Assembly: GCA_029564595.1 (NCBI GenBank)
Contig: JAKQPS010000018.1
Coordinates: 10,159 to 74,158, forward strand
DNA length: 64,000 nt
Direction: 5' to 3'
Source: a bacterium
GTDB taxonomy: Bacteria; UBP15; UBA6099
In this document: in pieces, positions 48,316 through 58,136 of the stretch
Layout of the letters: every line of letters starts with the position of its first letter
Position numbering within the stretch: position 1 is the first letter of the stretch
Program-made: the position numbers and the translations under genes
The notes under the pieces: generated by a model
What the model saw: the letters and a program-made list of their open reading frames with translations, nothing else
What the model was told of the DNA's origin: nothing
Databases searched by the model: none

Positions 48316-48406
48316 AATCGGCCACATACGGTCTTGAAGAACAGCATAAGCGAAAAACGGGGACTGGCAGCGCGCATCTCAGCGATGCCTGTACCCGCTT
48401 TTCGCG
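48316..48406. repeat. ~91-bp repeat with imperfect hairpin, copy 1
   Basis: Similar to 49540-49631 (GCGAAAAACGGGGAC...GCCTGTACCCGCTTTTCGCG). Confidence 0.85.
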
Positions 48407-48408
48407 CC

Positions 48409-48535
48409 TATTCCATCGTTACCAAGGTCTCCTTGGTAACGGATTGACCGAAAGCTCCGCTTTCTCGTTTTCCTTTATATCTGCGTTGCCAAGGAGACCT
48501 TGGCAACGATGAGCGAGAGACCCTAGCAACGATGA
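48409..48535. repeat. 127-bp REP-doublet/MITE-like element, copy 2
   Basis: Direct repeat of 48164-48290. Confidence 0.9.
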
Positions 48536-48597
48536 TTAATCCTAATGATGGCAACGCGATTCAATGAATATCTTTCATGGTTTCGCAACTTTGCTTA

Positions 48598-48626
48598 TTG
48601 ACACAATGGTTTAAAATGAATAACAT
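48598..48626 (+). promoter_or_regulatory. Sigma70-type promoter
   Basis: TTGACA-N17-TAACAT, 41 bp upstream of the 48668 start. Confidence 0.55.
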
Positions 48627-48667
48627 ACACATTAAGAAGCTCTGAAAATCATTTTATAAAGAAAGCG

Positions 48668-49525
48668 ATGGTAATAGCGTTGGAAAAAGCGTTCATCCCC
48701 TTGTTTGCCGTTATGGTTTTGCTATTCGGAGTTCCGCGCGCGGTTTTCGCCTCCAGCCCTCAATCCGACCGGAGCTATTCCACGCCTCTTTTTGTTCCCG
48801 AAGCTCTGACGCTGGAGCATAATCAGCCGGACCCCGAAAAGCGAATCGGCGTCTCAATCGGAACAAGCTACGCGCAATTCGGACGGATAGCCAACGTGCC
48901 GTCGGCGGACGTTCACATAAGGGCCGAGGGCGCGAACTACCACGCTCTCGCGAGCGTAGCCGGGTTCGACGTCTCGTATGTCAAGCAGGACTACAGGCTG
49001 ACGAGAGTTTCCGGCAAGACAAAGAACGTGGCGAAACACGAGGCGGATATAATCGGGGTCGGATGGGAGTCAAGCCCCGGACTTTTTCGGCTTCCTTTGA
49101 ATGGAGGAATCGCTCTCGGCTCCGTTATGTATTTCGACGACAATGGAGCCGGGAGCCAGAACTTCGCGCAACACCGGGCGGCATACACGTTCAGGCATGG
49201 CAACCGCGTTTCCGGGCGCGTCGGCGCCAACTGGACCACCGGAGACGTTGAGAACCTTTCCGGCGCTCTGGCTTCGGTTTATTATTCCGTCGGCGACGAA
49301 TTGACTCTTTACGCCGACTACAACTCGAAGGATATCCACAAGCTCGTGTTCAACCGGGTTATCCTCCCTTCGGAGGGAATCGACTGCTCGACATGCGGCG
49401 ACGACGCTCTGTCTGTGGGGATGTCGTTCAAGATACGCGGATACGCGAGAGCCGTAATAGGTTTTTACGATGTGGATGACCTTATGGCTCCGATGGCCGG
49501 AATTTCCACTTTCAAGGAATATTGA
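48668..49525 (+). CDS. Exported hypothetical protein, possibly small outer-membrane beta-barrel
   Basis: Signal peptide; amphipathic beta-strand pattern; terminal aromatic residue. Confidence 0.55.
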   Translation: MVIALEKAFIPLFAVMVLLFGVPRAVFASSPQSDRSYSTPLFVPEALTLEHNQPDPEKRIGVSIGTSYAQFGRIANVPSADVHIRAEGANYHALASVAGFDVSYVKQDYRLTRVSGKTKNVAKHEADIIGVGWESSPGLFRLPLNGGIALGSVMYFDDNGAGSQNFAQHRAAYTFRHGNRVSGRVGANWTTGDVENLSGALASVYYSVGDELTLYADYNSKDIHKLVFNRVILPSEGIDCSTCGDDALSVGMSFKIRGYARAVIGFYDVDDLMAPMAGISTFKEY

Positions 49526-49539
49526 ACGTATGATAAGAA

Positions 49540-49631
49540 AATCGGTCACATTAGGTCATGATGAACAGCAAAAGCGAAAAACGGGGACCGGCAGCGCGCG
49601 TTTCAGCGGCTGCCTGTACCCGCTTTTCGCG
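49540..49631. repeat. ~92-bp repeat with imperfect hairpin, copy 2
   Basis: Diverged direct copy of 48316-48406. Confidence 0.85.
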
Positions 49632-49658
49632 GTTCCTGCGGGATTGGCGCTATCAATT

Positions 49659-49698
49659 GTGACAAAAATGCCGCATGTTAGTCGCAAAAATGTCACAG
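49659..49698 (+). promoter_or_regulatory. Putative tandem enhancer (bEBP) sites
   Basis: GTGACAAAAATGCCGCATGTTAGTCGCAAAAATGTCACAG; 32/40 identical to minus-strand 26153-26192. Confidence 0.7.
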
Positions 49699-49788
49699 TC
49701 TGGTGAAAATGAGCCGAATTCGAACAAAACTATTGTCAACTTTTACATGCTTTTGCCCGCTTTTGCAACGCGGTTTTCTCCGCGCGGT

Positions 49789-49803
49789 TGGCATGGTTCT
49801 TGC
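49789..49803 (+). promoter_or_regulatory. Sigma54 (-24/-12) promoter of the RCC1-repeat lipoprotein
   Basis: TGGCATGGTTCTTGC = GG-N10-GC. Confidence 0.75.
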
Positions 49804-49872
49804 CCTACATTTGCAAAAGCGCCAAAAAGCTATTCGCTGTTAAGTCAAATATTAACTAAGCCGAGGTGTCTG

Positions 49873-52800
49873 ATGAATAAATCGAGGATGATTTGCGCGG
49901 GACTGTTGTGTCTGATTCTAGCGGCGGCAGGTTGCGGGGGCGGCGGAGGCAGGGGAACGCTGCTGCCGAGTCAGCCGGGCGCTCCGGCGGCGAATAAGTT
50001 GTCCCGCGTCATCGGCTATGTGTATGACGGCGACGGTCGGCCTGTGTCCGGCGTTCGAGCGCAATCGGTCACTACGGCGCGGGGCGTGCGCGTCGCGGCT
50101 GCGGGCGGTGGCGCTTCCGCCGTTTCGGACGCCAACGGCATGTTCTATTTCTCCGTTTCCTCTTCTCCGGCTGAAAACGAGCGCATCGTCCTCAAACTCT
50201 CCAAAGGCGGCTATGTTGACAACCATGTTGTTTACCGGGTTCGATACTCCGCCGTTGAGAACGAGGATTTGCTGATGCCCGTCAGGATGTTGCGCGCGCC
50301 GGGAAGCGAGTCGCCTGAGACCGCCACAGTGGCGGAAGTCAGGCGCGCGAACGGCACGACCGCGATTTTCACGCCGACGATAGTGACCGACCCCGACAGC
50401 GGGCTGCCTGTGGCAAGAACAGTCGTCACCATCGAAGACGACATCCAAGAAGTGTCATTCAAGCTGCCGTCGCCGGCAAACACGAATGTGTCGTCCGTGA
50501 CGTTCACCATCGGGGGCGCGGTGTCTGCTGGCAGGTCCGCCGGACGGGTTCTGGGCAGCGAGGGCGGCTCGATTCAGGTCACAGGTTCGCTGTTCTATGG
50601 CGACCCGACGGACCCCAAGGCTCTTGAGGTGTTTCCGGGCGAGTTCCTGACGAAGGACAATGTCCCCAGCAGCGCGGCGCGCAGAACAGCGGGCAGCGGG
50701 GGCGGCGGCGAAGGGGTTCTAGTCACAGCCGGGTTTACCCAGATAAAGCTAACGGATTCTTCGGGAGACGAGATAACTTCATTCGCGGACGGCGCGGAGG
50801 TCGGCGTTGTGATGCGGGTTCCCGACGGCGTCTTCAATCCCGACACCGGGGCGACTGTGGCCGAAGGCGACAACGTGCCGATTTTTACTTATGACGAAGC
50901 AGCCGGAGAATGGAAAGTCGAGTATAACAGCAACGGGACGATCAAGCGCGGAACAGTGATGCGGGACACCGACGGCCTCTACGTGCCCTTCACCACCGAC
51001 CACCTTTCTTGGTTCAACCTCGATTGGAAGGGCCTTCGATGCCCCGACGGCCATCCCGCCATCAAAGCGGTTGATGATACGGGAGCTTATTTGACGAGTT
51101 TTTCTGTTTCAACTTTACATAGTGATTCCGCATTTTGGACATACCCCATGCAGACCAATGACGGCATAGCAGAGTTCATGAGCGCTCCGGCTGACATCCC
51201 GTGGAGCATTCGGGTTTGGGCGGAAGGTTTCTATAGCGACACTGTTAGTATGATTGGATGCAATGACGTTACCATTCCTATGCATCGACTAAATGGCACA
51301 AGAGTTTACGCGAATGCCACATGCGGAGGCCGCGCTTACTCTGATGTCAATATTTATGCGTACAAGGAAAATATTCGAGTAGGCTCCCAAAAAGCCTTAC
51401 ACGGCACAGCATCTCTATTGCTCCCTCCCAATACTGAAGTAACGATATACGGCATATCAACTGACAGTTGCAAGGACATTAAGAGCGATTTATTGACGAC
51501 CACTAACGCATACACTGCGCAATCAGTGCAATTGTTATTTGACAATGCTTGCTGTCCAACAAACAGCTACGATGAGCCTCTGCGTGTTTCAGGCCTAACG
51601 CCTGCCAAAGCGATAGGTGTTAATCCAGAAGCGTCAGTAAATGGAACCATAGTTTTCTCCAAACCCGTGATGTATCCAATTTTCTTTGATATGCCTCTCA
51701 CAATCACGCTCAAACAGGGAGCAGACACTATTCTTGATAATGTTGCGGCTTCGACTCTCGGAACCGTTTCATGGCCTGACGCATCTGTAGGAACCGCTCA
51801 GACACTTTCATTCACTGTCGCCCGCGCAGACGATATTCAAGCGGGAAAAACTTACTCCTTCACCGTCGGCCTTGCCCCATCATACATTATCGCAGATGAC
51901 GGCGCGGAGCTCGAACTCTCTTCCTATCTTTCCTCAACATCGGGCGTCGTCTCATACACTGCCGCAAGCGTCACTGGCTCATTCTCCACAGTGTCTGACG
52001 GAACCAACAGGCTGCCCGAACCTGTCCCCGGGCCGGACAAAGACGCCGGAATCGGAGCGCTCGTCACACTTGACGGCTCCGAAAGTTCAGACCTCGACGG
52101 AGACCCGCTCACGTTCGACTGGGAACAGGTTTCAGGGCCGTCTGTCGTCATTTCAAACTCTACCTCCGCCGTTGCGACGTTCACCCCGTCCACCGCCGGC
52201 GTTTATGTCTTCAAACTAACTGTCAACGACGGCAATGGCGGAATAGTAAGCGCTCAGACAACAGCCACCGTCTGCAATATCTTCTGCGGAACTAACGCGG
52301 ACTGCGACGACAGCGACCCGCTCACGTCCGATGTGTGCGAGAATCCAAACACATGCAGCGCGGAATGCTCGAACACAACATGCTCGGCTGAATGTTCGTC
52401 AGACTCCGATTGCGACGACAGCGACCCGAACACAGTTGACGAATGTTCCGCCCCCGGAACTTGCGAAGCCGCCTGCGTCAACTGCATACCCGCGTGCGAG
52501 AACAACTCTCAATGCAATGATTCCGACCCGCTCACATTTGACACATGCGAGAACACGAACACATGCGCCGCCTCTTGCGTCAACACGCCCATAGAATGCA
52601 ATACGGACACGGACTGTTACGGGGGAACCCCAGCCTGTATTAATGGCGGACTACTTTCTTCTGATTGCGTTGTTTGTGTAAATAATTCACACTGCGATGA
52701 TTCAGCCCCGTTAACATGGGATGTGTGTGAGAATCAAGGACAAATCAACGCCTATTGTTCAAACACGCCTTGCGAAGCCGCCTGCTATTCCGCTTCCGAT

Positions 52801-53949
52801 TGCAATGACGGAAACCCGGACACGAATGATATGTGCTTCGCTCCAGCCTCATGCGAAGCGGAATGTTTATCCTTTTCAAATTTAAACGTAATCTCGGCAG
52901 GATACTCACATTCATGTGCAATCCACACGAACGGAACCGTCAAATGCTGGGGAGATAATAGCTATGGTCAACTTGGCGACGGCTCGACGACGAATTCATT
53001 GGTGCCTGTAACAGTAACAGGCATTTCTAACGCCGTATCCGTTGATGTAGGTTTTTATAATCACACCTGCGCGGTTCTTTCAGACGGACAGGTCAAATGC
53101 TGGGGATATAATGGACATGGTATACTTGGCGACGGCACGACAACAAGTTCATACATGCCCGTGACCGTAACAGGCATTTCTAACGCCTCATCCGTTTCAG
53201 CAGGCGGAAATCACACCTGTGCGGTTCTTTCAGACGGACAGATCAAATGCTGGGGAAATAATTCAAATGGTCAATTTGGAGACGGCACGACGACGGCTTC
53301 ATCCGTGCCCATAGCTGTAACTGGCATTTCTAACGCTTCATCCGTTTCAGCAGGTGATCTTTACACCTGCGCGGTTCTTTCAGACGGACAGATCAAATGC
53401 TGGGGATGGAATGATTTCGGTCAACTTGGCGACGGCACTACGACGGATTCACTCGTGCCTATATCCGTAACAGGCATTTCTAACGCCGTATCCGTTGCGG
53501 TAGGAAACGGTTATTTACCACATTATACTCACACCTGCGCGGTTCTTTCAGACGGACAGGTCAGATGCTGGGGGAATGGTGGCTATGGTCAACTTGGGAA
53601 CGGCACGACAACCGATTCATCCGTGCCTGTAGCCGCAACAGGTGTTTCAACCGCAGTATCCGTTGATGTAGGTTTTTATCACACCTGCGCGGTTCTTTCA
53701 GACGGACAGGTCAAATGCTGGGGATATAATATGTATGGTCTGCTTGGGAACGGCACGACGATAAGTTCAAAAGTGCCTTTATATGGAACAGGCATTTATA
53801 ATGCCATATCCATTTCGGTAGGAGGCGATCACACCTGCTCTGCTCTTTCAGATGGTCTGGTTAAATGCTGGGGAAATAACAGCAGTGGTCAACTTGGCAA
53901 CGGCACAACGACGGATTCGCTCGTGCCTGTATTAGTCAACCCGTTCTAG
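49873..53949 (+). CDS. Large surface lipoprotein: Ig/PKD-like domains, Cys-rich CDDxDPxTxDxC repeats and 7-blade RCC1/BLIP-II-like propeller
   Basis: GAGGTG RBS and lipobox AAGC-GGGGG (true start 49873, not 49675); LDGSESSDLDGDPLTFDWEQVSGP; seven CWGxxxxGx(L/F)GxG repeats. Confidence 0.85.
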   Translation: MNKSRMICAGLLCLILAAAGCGGGGGRGTLLPSQPGAPAANKLSRVIGYVYDGDGRPVSGVRAQSVTTARGVRVAAAGGGASAVSDANGMFYFSVSSSPAENERIVLKLSKGGYVDNHVVYRVRYSAVENEDLLMPVRMLRAPGSESPETATVAEVRRANGTTAIFTPTIVTDPDSGLPVARTVVTIEDDIQEVSFKLPSPANTNVSSVTFTIGGAVSAGRSAGRVLGSEGGSIQVTGSLFYGDPTDPKALEVFPGEFLTKDNVPSSAARRTAGSGGGGEGVLVTAGFTQIKLTDSSGDEITSFADGAEVGVVMRVPDGVFNPDTGATVAEGDNVPIFTYDEAAGEWKVEYNSNGTIKRGTVMRDTDGLYVPFTTDHLSWFNLDWKGLRCPDGHPAIKAVDDTGAYLTSFSVSTLHSDSAFWTYPMQTNDGIAEFMSAPADIPWSIRVWAEGFYSDTVSMIGCNDVTIPMHRLNGTRVYANATCGGRAYSDVNIYAYKENIRVGSQKALHGTASLLLPPNTEVTIYGISTDSCKDIKSDLLTTTNAYTAQSVQLLFDNACCPTNSYDEPLRVSGLTPAKAIGVNPEASVNGTIVFSKPVMYPIFFDMPLTITLKQGADTILDNVAASTLGTVSWPDASVGTAQTLSFTVARADDIQAGKTYSFTVGLAPSYIIADDGAELELSSYLSSTSGVVSYTAASVTGSFSTVSDGTNRLPEPVPGPDKDAGIGALVTLDGSESSDLDGDPLTFDWEQVSGPSVVISNSTSAVATFTPSTAGVYVFKLTVNDGNGGIVSAQTTATVCNIFCGTNADCDDSDPLTSDVCENPNTCSAECSNTTCSAECSSDSDCDDSDPNTVDECSAPGTCEAACVNCIPACENNSQCNDSDPLTFDTCENTNTCAASCVNTPIECNTDTDCYGGTPACINGGLLSSDCVVCVNNSHCDDSAPLTWDVCENQGQINAYCSNTPCEAACYSASDCNDGNPDTNDMCFAPASCEAECLSFSNLNVISAGYSHSCAIHTNGTVKCWGDNSYGQLGDGSTTNSLVPVTVTGISNAVSVDVGFYNHTCAVLSDGQVKCWGYNGHGILGDGTTTSSYMPVTVTGISNASSVSAGGNHTCAVLSDGQIKCWGNNSNGQFGDGTTTASSVPIAVTGISNASSVSAGDLYTCAVLSDGQIKCWGWNDFGQLGDGTTTDSLVPISVTGISNAVSVAVGNGYLPHYTHTCAVLSDGQVRCWGNGGYGQLGNGTTTDSSVPVAATGVSTAVSVDVGFYHTCAVLSDGQVKCWGYNMYGLLGNGTTISSKVPLYGTGIYNAISISVGGDHTCSALSDGLVKCWGNNSSGQLGNGTTTDSLVPVLVNPF
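52891..53940 (+). repeat. Seven intragenic ~150-160-bp tandem repeats (RCC1 blades)
   Basis: Recurrent ACACCTGYGCGGTTCTTTCAGACGGACAGRTCARATGCTGGGG in the five central units. Confidence 0.9.
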
Positions 53950-54033
53950 CCCGCATGTTTCTCCCATGCGAGTTGGGAATGTAGAAAAGCATTGCTGAAC
54001 AATCTTGCTTGAACCATGAAAACGGATTCGGGG

Positions 54034-54909
54034 TTATTTGATGTCGCGGGCAAGCCTGAACCCGATGCTTTTGTCCCTGATGTCCGCGCGCACGCCGCGC
54101 CTGTCTGCGACGCGGCAGTATTTGACCGGCCTGTCCCAACTTCCGCCGCGAACAACTCTGAACCTTCCGGTGTCCGGCCCCGCCGGGTCCGCGGCCTCCC
54201 CGGTCGGATACGGCCCGAGCCAACTGCTCGTCCATTCGTACACGTTGCCGTGCATGTCGTAAAGGCCCCAAGCGTTCGGCTCCTTGCCGCCCGCAGGCTG
54301 TACGCCTGAGCATTGGGGTTGCGCGCCGGCGGACAGCATTTCGCAGCCGGGATAGTCCGCCGCGCTGTTGCCGCAATGCCATCCGGCGCGGTCGAGCGCG
54401 GGGTCGGACGCGCATGACTCTTCGGTTATGTCGCCCGTGTGGAAAGCGGACGAGGCTCCCGCCCGCGCGGCGTATTCCCATTCGGCCTCGGTGGGCAGCC
54501 TGTAGCCGCCGCCGTGTTTCTCGTTGTACCGGACGATGAACTCCTGAACGTCATCCCATGAGACGTTTTCGACAGGGCAGTCGTCGCCGCAGTTTTTGAA
54601 ATGCGAAGGGTTTGCCCCCATTATTTCCGTCCATTGCTTCTGAGTCACCTCTTTAACGCCAATCTTGAAGCCCTTGCTGATTACGACGTGGAACTGGGTT
54701 TCGTCCGGTTCGCGTCCAAGCTCGGACTGGGGCGACCCCATAGTGAACGACCCGGCGGGTATGAGGGCGAAGTCGTCTGAGATTGCGGGTTTGCCATTGG
54801 CGCGGCGGGGTTTCTGTTTCTGCGCGTCTCTGCCGCTGCACCCGGCCGTCAATGCCGCCGCGCAAATGGCCGCCAGCAGAATCATCGCGTGTCTTTTTGT
54901 TCCGCTCAT
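54034..54909 (-). CDS. Formylglycine-generating enzyme (FGE-sulfatase/SUMF1) domain lipoprotein
   Basis: Lipobox TAGC; FTMGSP, EVTQ, RLPTEAEWEYAAR, GLYDMHGNVYEW, RGGSW, GFRL. Confidence 0.9.
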   Translation of the reverse strand: MSGTKRHAMILLAAICAAALTAGCSGRDAQKQKPRRANGKPAISDDFALIPAGSFTMGSPQSELGREPDETQFHVVISKGFKIGVKEVTQKQWTEIMGANPSHFKNCGDDCPVENVSWDDVQEFIVRYNEKHGGGYRLPTEAEWEYAARAGASSAFHTGDITEESCASDPALDRAGWHCGNSAADYPGCEMLSAGAQPQCSGVQPAGGKEPNAWGLYDMHGNVYEWTSSWLGPYPTGEAADPAGPDTGRFRVVRGGSWDRPVKYCRVADRRGVRADIRDKSIGFRLARDIK

Positions 54910-55048
54910 ATTCGGGCCGCCTCGAAGGTTATAGTCAGAAAGATAATAGCCGAACGGCTCCGGGGCGGTCAACCTGATTCTTTTCGCGCGGGCGAAATAT
55001 CAGTTTGAGGAAAGGGCGCGCCCGCCGCAAGCGCGCGCGGCGCGGCGG

Positions 55049-56467
55049 TTATCGCGGGCGAAGGTCGAATCTGGCGAACGCTTCGATGTGCGCCGTGTGT
55101 GGAAACATGTCAACCGGGATAACTCTTTCGAGGGAGTATCCTGCTTCGATGAGTTCGACGGCGTCTCTTGCGAGAGTGGACGGGTTGCAGGAAATGTAGA
55201 GCACTTGACGGGGCCGCGCCTCTGCGACGGCTTTGAGGACTTTCGGGTGCATGCCGACTCTGGGAGGGTCTACCGAGACGATGTCAGGGGGGGCTTGGGC
55301 GCATTGTTCGGCAATAACTTTTTCGGCCTCGCCCTCCACCATCTCGACGTTGGAGAAGCCGTTGAGCCGGATATTTTCGCGTCCGTCCGCCACCGCGTCG
55401 GGGTTGCTCTCGATGCCTATCACCCTGCCCGCGCGCCCGGCCAGCAGCATCGCTATGGGGGCCATGCCGGAATAAATGTCGTACGCCGTCTCCCCGCCGG
55501 AGGTCTCCGCGTTGTCAATCAGCAGCCGATAGAGTTTTTCGGACTGCGCGTGGTTGGTCTGAGCGAAAGAGGCGGCGGATATCTTGAGTTTCAGCCCGCA
55601 GACCTCGTCGATAATGTGGTTTTCGCCGCTGAGAACCCTTTCCTCGCCCGAAACGGCAATTCCGGAGAGGGAGTCGTTTATCCGCCACAGGAGGCTTTTG
55701 ACTTCCGGAAAGCCCGAAGCGACAGCGTCCGCGTACTCGCGCGAATATTTGTCAAAGTCGCCGGTGTGAGTGACGACGCAGGCCATGACGTCGCCTTTGG
55801 ATGAAGCTCTGACCACTAAGTTGCGCATGAGGCCTTCATGTCTCCGCGCCCAGTGATGAGTCAGGCCTCTGGCGGAGGCGAACGCCCTAGTCATGTTGCG
55901 CAATTCGCACAACCGCGGGGCCTGAAGGTGGCAGCGGTCCACGTTGACCACCCTGTCGAAAAAGCCGGCGCGGTGCATGCCGAGGCTCAGCGAGCCGCCC
56001 GCGCCATCACCGAAGGTGTATTCCATTTTGTTTCTGTATTCCCACGGGCATTCCATGCCGATGATGGGTTCCACCGGCGGGTTGGGGACGCGCGCGATGC
56101 GTTCTAGGCAATCGGAGACCTGACGGCGTTTCCATTCGAGCTGAAGATGATATGGATAGTTCTGCCAGACGCAGCCGCCGCAGAGGCCGCCGGTCGGGCC
56201 GCCGAAATGCGCGCACCTCGGCTCCACCCGGTCGGGAGATGCGGAAACGAGGCTGTCCGCGCGGGTTTCGATGTAGCCGCGTTTGCGCCGCGTCACTGTG
56301 GCCTCTACGACGTCCCCGGGGACACCGCCCCTGACGAACGCCACAATGCCGTCGTCCGCGCGGGCGACGCCCGAACCGCCGAACGCCAGACTGTCTATCT
56401 TCAGCGTCAGCTTATCCCCTGTCTTGGGACGGCGCGCTTTGGTTTGTTTGTTTTCAGATTCTTCCAT
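55049..56467 (-). CDS. rlmD: 23S rRNA (uracil-5)-methyltransferase RlmD
   Basis: TRAM domain, C..CGGC Fe-S motif, YRNKMEY, FAQTN, VDPPRVG, YISCNPSTLARD, DMFPHTAHIE; start could be 56500. Confidence 0.92.
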   Translation of the reverse strand: MEESENKQTKARRPKTGDKLTLKIDSLAFGGSGVARADDGIVAFVRGGVPGDVVEATVTRRKRGYIETRADSLVSASPDRVEPRCAHFGGPTGGLCGGCVWQNYPYHLQLEWKRRQVSDCLERIARVPNPPVEPIIGMECPWEYRNKMEYTFGDGAGGSLSLGMHRAGFFDRVVNVDRCHLQAPRLCELRNMTRAFASARGLTHHWARRHEGLMRNLVVRASSKGDVMACVVTHTGDFDKYSREYADAVASGFPEVKSLLWRINDSLSGIAVSGEERVLSGENHIIDEVCGLKLKISAASFAQTNHAQSEKLYRLLIDNAETSGGETAYDIYSGMAPIAMLLAGRAGRVIGIESNPDAVADGRENIRLNGFSNVEMVEGEAEKVIAEQCAQAPPDIVSVDPPRVGMHPKVLKAVAEARPRQVLYISCNPSTLARDAVELIEAGYSLERVIPVDMFPHTAHIEAFARFDLRPR

Positions 56468-56554
56468 ATTTGCCTTTTCGTTTTTCCCGCCGCTATTCAC
56501 TCGCGGCGCGCATAAGTATATTATATGTGGCGAACACTGTTAAGGAGGCGCGAG

Positions 56555-57322
56555 ATGATAATCGACAAGTTCAGGCTCGACGGAAAGAAAGCCATAGTGA
56601 CGGGAGCAAGCAGGGGAATCGGACAAGAGATAGCCATCGCGCTGGCGGAAGCGGGCGCGGACGTGGCGGTGTGCGGAAGGAAGCCGGAGACGCTGGAGCC
56701 GGTGGCGCAGGAAATAAGGGCGAGAGGCCGGGAGGCGCTGCCTATTGCCTGCCATGTGGGCAAGTCCGACCAGATAAAGCCGTTTCTCGACGAAGTTTAC
56801 GCCAAATTCGGCAAGGTCGATATTTTGGTGAACAACGCGGCGACGAACCCTATCTTCGGGCCGACGCTGAACGCCGACGAGAAGGCCTTCGACACGATAA
56901 TGGCAACCAACCTCAAAGGGCCGTTCCTGTTGTCGCTCGAAGTGGGCAAGAGGATGCTGAAAGAGAAGACGCGCGGAAGCATCATAAACATATCGTCGAT
57001 AGCCGGAATCACGCCGGGCATGGGGTTGGGAGTGTACTCGGTGAGCAAGGCCGGGCTGATAATGCTGACTAAGGTGCTGGCGCACGAGTGGGGCGCGGCG
57101 GGAATCCGTGTCAACTCGGTCGCCCCCGGCGTGATTAAGACGAAGTTCAGCGCCGCCCTCTGGAGCAACGAAGCGATACTGAACGAAGTTAAAAAGGGAT
57201 ACCCGCTGGGCAGGATCGGCGAGCCGGACGAAGTGCCGGGCGCGGTCGTGTATCTGGCGTCTGACGCGTCGTCGTTCGTCACCGGGCAGACCATTCTTGT
57301 GGACGGCGGCGGCAGGATGTGA
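56555..57322 (+). CDS. Short-chain dehydrogenase/reductase
   Basis: TGASRGIG, NNA, YSVSK, VDGG; AAGGAGG RBS. Confidence 0.93.
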   Translation: MIIDKFRLDGKKAIVTGASRGIGQEIAIALAEAGADVAVCGRKPETLEPVAQEIRARGREALPIACHVGKSDQIKPFLDEVYAKFGKVDILVNNAATNPIFGPTLNADEKAFDTIMATNLKGPFLLSLEVGKRMLKEKTRGSIINISSIAGITPGMGLGVYSVSKAGLIMLTKVLAHEWGAAGIRVNSVAPGVIKTKFSAALWSNEAILNEVKKGYPLGRIGEPDEVPGAVVYLASDASSFVTGQTILVDGGGRM

Positions 57323-57465
57323 CGGGAAGTTCCGTCGGGTTTTTTCACCGTTTGACGGCTTGTCGCCCGCAATTCGCTGTTTCGTGATAAAATGTCCGAA
57401 AAGACGCGGGCCTGAGCAGTGTTATTTTGGCGACATGAAAGCTGTTCGGGCGCGGGGAGGCAGAT

Positions 57466-58098
57466 ATGACCGAATCAGCGGCGCAGGCGTTGGCGATTCT
57501 CAGAGACCCGTCTCAGTTCAAATGGTATGTCATTCCGATTCTGACTCTCGTGGTTTACGTTTACGCCAACGAAGCGCAGAAGAAGAACTGGAATGTCATT
57601 TTTGCCGGGCTGACATATTTCGCCCTCGATATATTCATAGAGATAGTCAATTCGCTGATATTCCATTTCACGCAATACGCGCCGGCGTGGGGCACGCCCG
57701 GAGCCACCGCATATCTGTTGATGATTGGCATGAACATAGAGATATTTTTCATGTTCGCCATAGTCGGGCTAGTCATGGCAAAGTTCCTGCCCGAAGACAA
57801 GAGCATGAGAATCCTCGGAATCCCCAACAGGGCGGTCTTCATAGCGTTCGCCGGGGCGATCTGCGCTGCGATAGAATGCGCCCTCAACTATACCGGCGCG
57901 CTGACATGGGAGTACCCGTGGTGGAACACTGGCCCGGCGGCAATTGTAATTTTCGGCGGCTACTCCCTGTTTTACACCATCTCTTTCAAGGTGCACGACA
58001 TGAAGCAGCGCAGCTCGCAGATACTGGCGGTCGGAAGCCTGCTGGCGCTCGACCTGATTCTGATTGCGATTTTCATGGGCGCGCTCAAATGGATTTGA
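57466..58098 (+). CDS. Hypothetical multi-pass membrane protein
   Basis: About six hydrophobic helices; GGAGG RBS. Confidence 0.7.
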   Translation: MTESAAQALAILRDPSQFKWYVIPILTLVVYVYANEAQKKNWNVIFAGLTYFALDIFIEIVNSLIFHFTQYAPAWGTPGATAYLLMIGMNIEIFFMFAIVGLVMAKFLPEDKSMRILGIPNRAVFIAFAGAICAAIECALNYTGALTWEYPWWNTGPAAIVIFGGYSLFYTISFKVHDMKQRSSQILAVGSLLALDLILIAIFMGALKWI

Positions 58099-58136
58099 TT
58101 TGTGACATCATATATTGAAAACTGGCGGAGGAAAGC

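Noticed and set aside
48164-48535. CRISPR array
   Set aside because: Palindromes alternate in orientation, the intervening sequence is itself duplicated rather than unique, and there are no cas genes; fits REP doublets.
54034-54200. DGR with the FGE-domain gene as target and the RT at 7801 as mutator
   Set aside because: The RT has QGGNISP rather than the DGR GxxxSQ motif; no avd gene; no adenine-variant copy of the FGE 3' end found. The AAC-rich bit near 7086-7100 does not align.
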